Positions 15,466 through 16,398 of a stretch of 16,398 nt of DNA are shown one piece after another. The translations under genes were made by a program, and so were the position numbers. The DNA comes from an uncultured Candidatus Saccharibacteria bacterium (GTDB taxonomy: Bacteria; Patescibacteriota; Minisyncoccia; Phycocordibacterales; JAKAEA01): NCBI GenBank assembly GCA_964532205.1, contig CAZHGQ010000012.1, positions 1-16,398 of the forward strand. The letters run 5' to 3'. Position 1 is the stretch's first letter. Each line of letters begins with the position of its first letter. A model generated the notes under the pieces. The model was not told the origin of the DNA. It did no database searches and saw only the letters and a list, made by a program, of their open reading frames with translations.

Positions 15466-15527
15466 CAGAAGGTTGGTCTACGGCACGTAACAGCGGGGGT
15501 GCAACTCAGAACACTGGAACAAAACGA

Positions 15528-16277
15528 TCAGGCATTGGTTCTGGCCAAACGACCCTTGCGGGGTTTGCCATCGCCATTGCCGCCGACGCTCACCAACTCG
15601 CCGTCGCCATCTTCATCGATGTTGATCGGTTCGTCGGGCACATCGGTGTTCGCCGCGGACTTCTTGCCGCTCTGCTTCTTCCAATCTTCCGGCGTGATGT
15701 CGTTGACTTTGTCGACGACGAAGCGCCCGAAGGGGCCTTTGCAGTTCGGACGGAACGAGCCGAGACCTTGGAATTTGCCAGCCTGGTAGAAGAGTTCCAG
15801 GATCTTGCTCTGATCGATCAGCTTCTCGTCGAAGATGACCGTGCAGGTAAAGTTCCAGTTCTTGAACTTCGGTCGGCGCAGGCAGACAGCGGTGCCGTCT
15901 TTCGGCAGGCGGCCGGGCCGCTTGTCGACAATCCACGGCGTTTCCTTGGTACCTTCGGGGACAGGGAAGAGCAGGAACTCTTCCGAGATCTCCATCAGAC
16001 CAAAGAGCTTGGTGGTCTCGGCCGTCGAAATGTTTTGACGACCCTTGTACGAGACATCACGGCCGGCGGTGACGAGCGCGGCGTAGAGCATCGTGACGGG
16101 CAGGCCGATCCGGCCTTCTTCATCGCGATAAATCTTCTCCTCAGCTACCTCCTCGTGAGGGCGATCCTTCTTGATCTGGAGTCGGGCGCCGGTAGCCAGG
16201 CTGTCGAGCACGGCTTCGGGCATACGATCCATCATAATCGGGAACATGCCACCACAGACAATTTGCAATTTGCGCAT
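15528..16277 (-). CDS. Hypothetical protein (249 aa) in GC-rich, compositionally foreign segment
   Basis: ATG at 16275-16277 preceded by TAAGGAGG at 7-nt spacing. GC3-rich codon usage is consistent along the minus-strand frame. Acidic C-terminal DEPINIDEDGDGE followed by basic KPRKGRLARTNA. Overlapping plus-strand ORFs (15768..16298 etc.) lack RBS and are high-GC shadows. Confidence 0.6.
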   Translation of the reverse strand: MRKLQIVCGGMFPIMMDRMPEAVLDSLATGARLQIKKDRPHEEVAEEKIYRDEEGRIGLPVTMLYAALVTAGRDVSYKGRQNISTAETTKLFGLMEISEEFLLFPVPEGTKETPWIVDKRPGRLPKDGTAVCLRRPKFKNWNFTCTVIFDEKLIDQSKILELFYQAGKFQGLGSFRPNCKGPFGRFVVDKVNDITPEDWKKQSGKKSAANTDVPDEPINIDEDGDGELVSVGGNGDGKPRKGRLARTNA

Positions 16278-16398
16278 AAAGCGCCTCCTTACGTGTGATA
16301 CCAGTTAAGGTATCCTGTACCATGACAAACAGCTTCGTTTTACAGGACCTTCCTGCAAAATCAATCTTGGCAAAAATTAGCACATACTTGATTTATTG

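Noticed and set aside
14775-15470. RNase P RNA, tmRNA, SRP RNA or a retron msr/msd in the non-coding tract
   Set aside because: I looked on both strands for the P4 signatures (GGAAAGTCCGGGCTCC / ACAGAACCCGGCTTA), the tmRNA tRNA-like 3' end (GGTTCGA..CCACCA) and the SRP domain IV motif, and found none. A partial GAGTCCGG was seen but without the pairing partner or sufficient length. No reverse transcriptase gene is adjacent.
15768-16298. 176-aa plus-strand ORF (and 15613..15936, 15835..16038, 16141..16383 ORFs) in the GC-rich segment
   Set aside because: High-GC DNA generates long open frames on all strands. Only the minus-strand 249-aa frame has a consensus SD and coherent GC3 codon bias. 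The others are shadows.
1-16398. CRISPR arrays, rRNA genes, IS elements/transposases, integrases
   Set aside because: The only periodic direct repeat found is the two-copy terminator module. No ORF shows DDE/HUH transposase or tyrosine/serine recombinase motifs. No rRNA-like conserved blocks were found.

Overview
This window reads as low-GC (roughly 40% by eye) bacterial chromosome from a compact genome. It carries translation and cell-envelope housekeeping genes, five tRNAs and several small orphan genes. It ends in a ~700-bp non-coding tract and then an abrupt switch to GC-rich DNA.

**Left half, all on the minus strand (right to left):** infB (a short 499-aa IF-2) overlaps rbfA by TAATG. 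Then come tRNA-Cys(GCA), tRNA-Leu(UAA), tRNA-Lys(CUU), a GT-C-like polytopic membrane protein whose ATG lies 1 nt after the tRNA-Lys 3' end, and tRNA-Leu(UAG). An SPFH/band-7 protein follows, with its own sigma70-like promoter and terminator. The last gene is a polytopic membrane protein with its own promoter that runs off the window start; it is missing from the ORF track because it has no in-window stop.

**Middle:** an orphan 170-aa hypothetical with its own promoter and a strong bidirectional terminator; a DUF4446-like membrane-anchored protein; a group-I cysteine desulfurase; and clpB (889 aa) with a bidirectional terminator. Convergent on clpB is a 35-aa TM-plus-acidic-tail peptide with RBS and promoter. 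Then tRNA-Tyr(GUA), a 120-aa orphan ORF, and a class-IV aminotransferase translationally coupled to an N-terminally truncated MurF-like Mur ligase (minus strand). After that come rpmG (L33, zinc-ribbon form; the true start is internal to the track ORF) and a 57-aa basic protein gene that falls below the ORF-track cutoff.

**Right end:** the ~700-bp non-coding region is A+C-rich and G-poor on the plus strand. It contains two near-identical ~42-nt hairpin-plus-T-run modules that act as minus-strand terminators, each followed by an extended -10 motif. These are candidate tandem sRNAs. Two perfect 12-bp hairpins follow, then a GC-rich (~60% by eye) segment carrying a 249-aa ORF with a consensus SD. 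This segment is probably foreign DNA or an assembly join.

No CRISPR, rRNA or recognisable transposase is present. Promoters in this genome are mostly extended -10 type (TGnTATAAT-like). The Patescibacteria/CPR-like placement of the host is an inference.
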